DNA of 64,000 bases from Marsupella aquatica (taxonomy: Eukaryota; Plantae; Marchantiophyta), in NCBI GenBank assembly GCA_973895155.1, contig OZ316898.1:14352330-14416329 (forward strand), given 5' to 3'. Under the pieces are notes generated by a model. The model saw only the letters and a list, made by a program, of their open reading frames with translations. It was not told the DNA's origin and made no database searches. Every line of letters starts with the position of its first letter. The stretch's first letter is position 1. Of the stretch, positions 62,801 to 64,000 are shown piece by piece. The translations under genes and the position numbers were made by a program.

Positions 62801-64000
62801 TTCTAAATGGTTCACATTTAGGCTCTTGGTTCTGTGATATGCAGTTCAACTTCCTACGCCAAAAGAAATGTCAGTTCAAGAGCGTGTTCTTCCTCAGCTA
62901 CCAGTACAGCAAGTGTTAGCAATGTGGAGACCGGGCACCTGTCGGAGAATATCTTTTGGATCTCGCATTTCTTCTCTTAGGCCACGCGGGGGGTAATAAG
63001 TTAAACTCTTGTTTCTCTTTTTGCACTTTGTGGTGTGGTTTATTCTATAGGTTAGCCTACCTGGCTTGTTCCTCATCAATTTGTAGAGATTGCAATTCTT
63101 CACGTGTCTGGAAGCAAGAAATTCTAGCAGTTGAGCTGATAAGGTCAAATTCGTCCTTGCGCAGATGGGAGGCTTTCACACGGATCTTGATTCACCAGTA
63201 TGGAAGACGTAGGACGAGTTCTTTGTCTCAAAATTTCATGGTTTTGGTGATTCTCTGATTCTAGGAAAGGAGAAACTAGGTTTTTTCTGTAAGGGTCCAC
63301 ATGCTTAGCATAGATGAAGTCTTTGTTGTTCAACTTGTAGATACAGTGAAGCCGAAAAGGATGGTTTTGGAAAGTATTTACCGGTCTTCTGCTCTAAAAT
63401 ACTGTTAAAATTCACGCAATTGTATGCACTTCTGATCTTGATGGTTTCATTACAAACTCATCTGTTTGCGGATGCAGAAGCGTACGTGGTATCGGTGGAG
63501 GATGGTGTCATTCATGTAATTTTGAACAGACGTGCATCAGCTCAAGACTATCTGCGAGCATATGTGCATGCTCTGCGTCTGAACGAGTTACTGGAAGGAA
63601 GTCCTACTGGCACTGCTGACTCCACAGCCGCAGAAAGGGACTGCTTAGCTTGGATGGAATCCTCTTATACAATGTTCTTGAATATGGTATGGCTGACTTT
63701 AGTTGAATTATTTTTATGTCTGATGGATGGTCAAGGAAATGGTATTGATGATAATTCTGTTTACGGAGCAAGGAACATTTTAGGGGAATTGAAGATCCAC
63801 AACACTGCTGATCTAATTTATGCGTCTTTGCAACATCAAGATTGTCATTAGATATTGTCAACAGAAATTCTGATTCATTTTGTGTTTGAGCTCGTGGCAG
63901 CTTCAACAATCAGGTTGGGTCATTAATCGCATTCAGATTTCAGCTACTGAGTGGCGGGCAGATTGGCCAGAGCAGTCATTAGGAACTGGGAAACTTGATT
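59876..64000 (+). CDS. RUS3: ROOT UVB SENSITIVE (DUF647) family protein, RUS3-like; multi-exon, 3' end beyond the window, start uncertain (59876 or 59907)
   Basis: Exons encode AFLPE-GYPNSVTADYLPFQTWDTLQ-GLSTYVRSMLSTQ-ALLGGIGVGETKATVVGATFQ-WFLRDFTGMLGGILFTLYQ-GSNLDSSAKQWRLAADFLNDMG...GATRAALTQHFA...EGSQETAATM. Confidence 0.92.

Overview
Eukaryotic, intron-rich land-plant nuclear DNA; gene style suggests a bryophyte or other non-seed plant (inference). Five host genes are well supported: a divergent euAP2-type transcription factor with a single AP2 repeat (-, 2538-5704); an intronless group-F Zn-sensing bZIP (+, 32399-33901); condensin II kleisin CAP-H2 (-, 34899-40678, 11 exons, with a plastid ccsA fragment in its last intron); the chloroplast Omp85 protein OEP80/Toc75-V (-, 49420-55826); and a RUS3-like DUF647 gene (+, from about 59.9 kb, running off the window). 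A candidate small orphan gene lies at about 27.5-29.3 kb (-). Mobile DNA includes a Ty1/copia pol remnant, four copies of a MITE family with CTCGGGGG-type TIRs and 8-bp TSDs, a non-autonomous Helitron, and a complete 4.36-kb Pong-like Harbinger element. That element carries an unexpected third spliced ORF between its two canonical genes, which is the best candidate for something undescribed. No rRNA, convincing tRNA or CRISPR array was seen.
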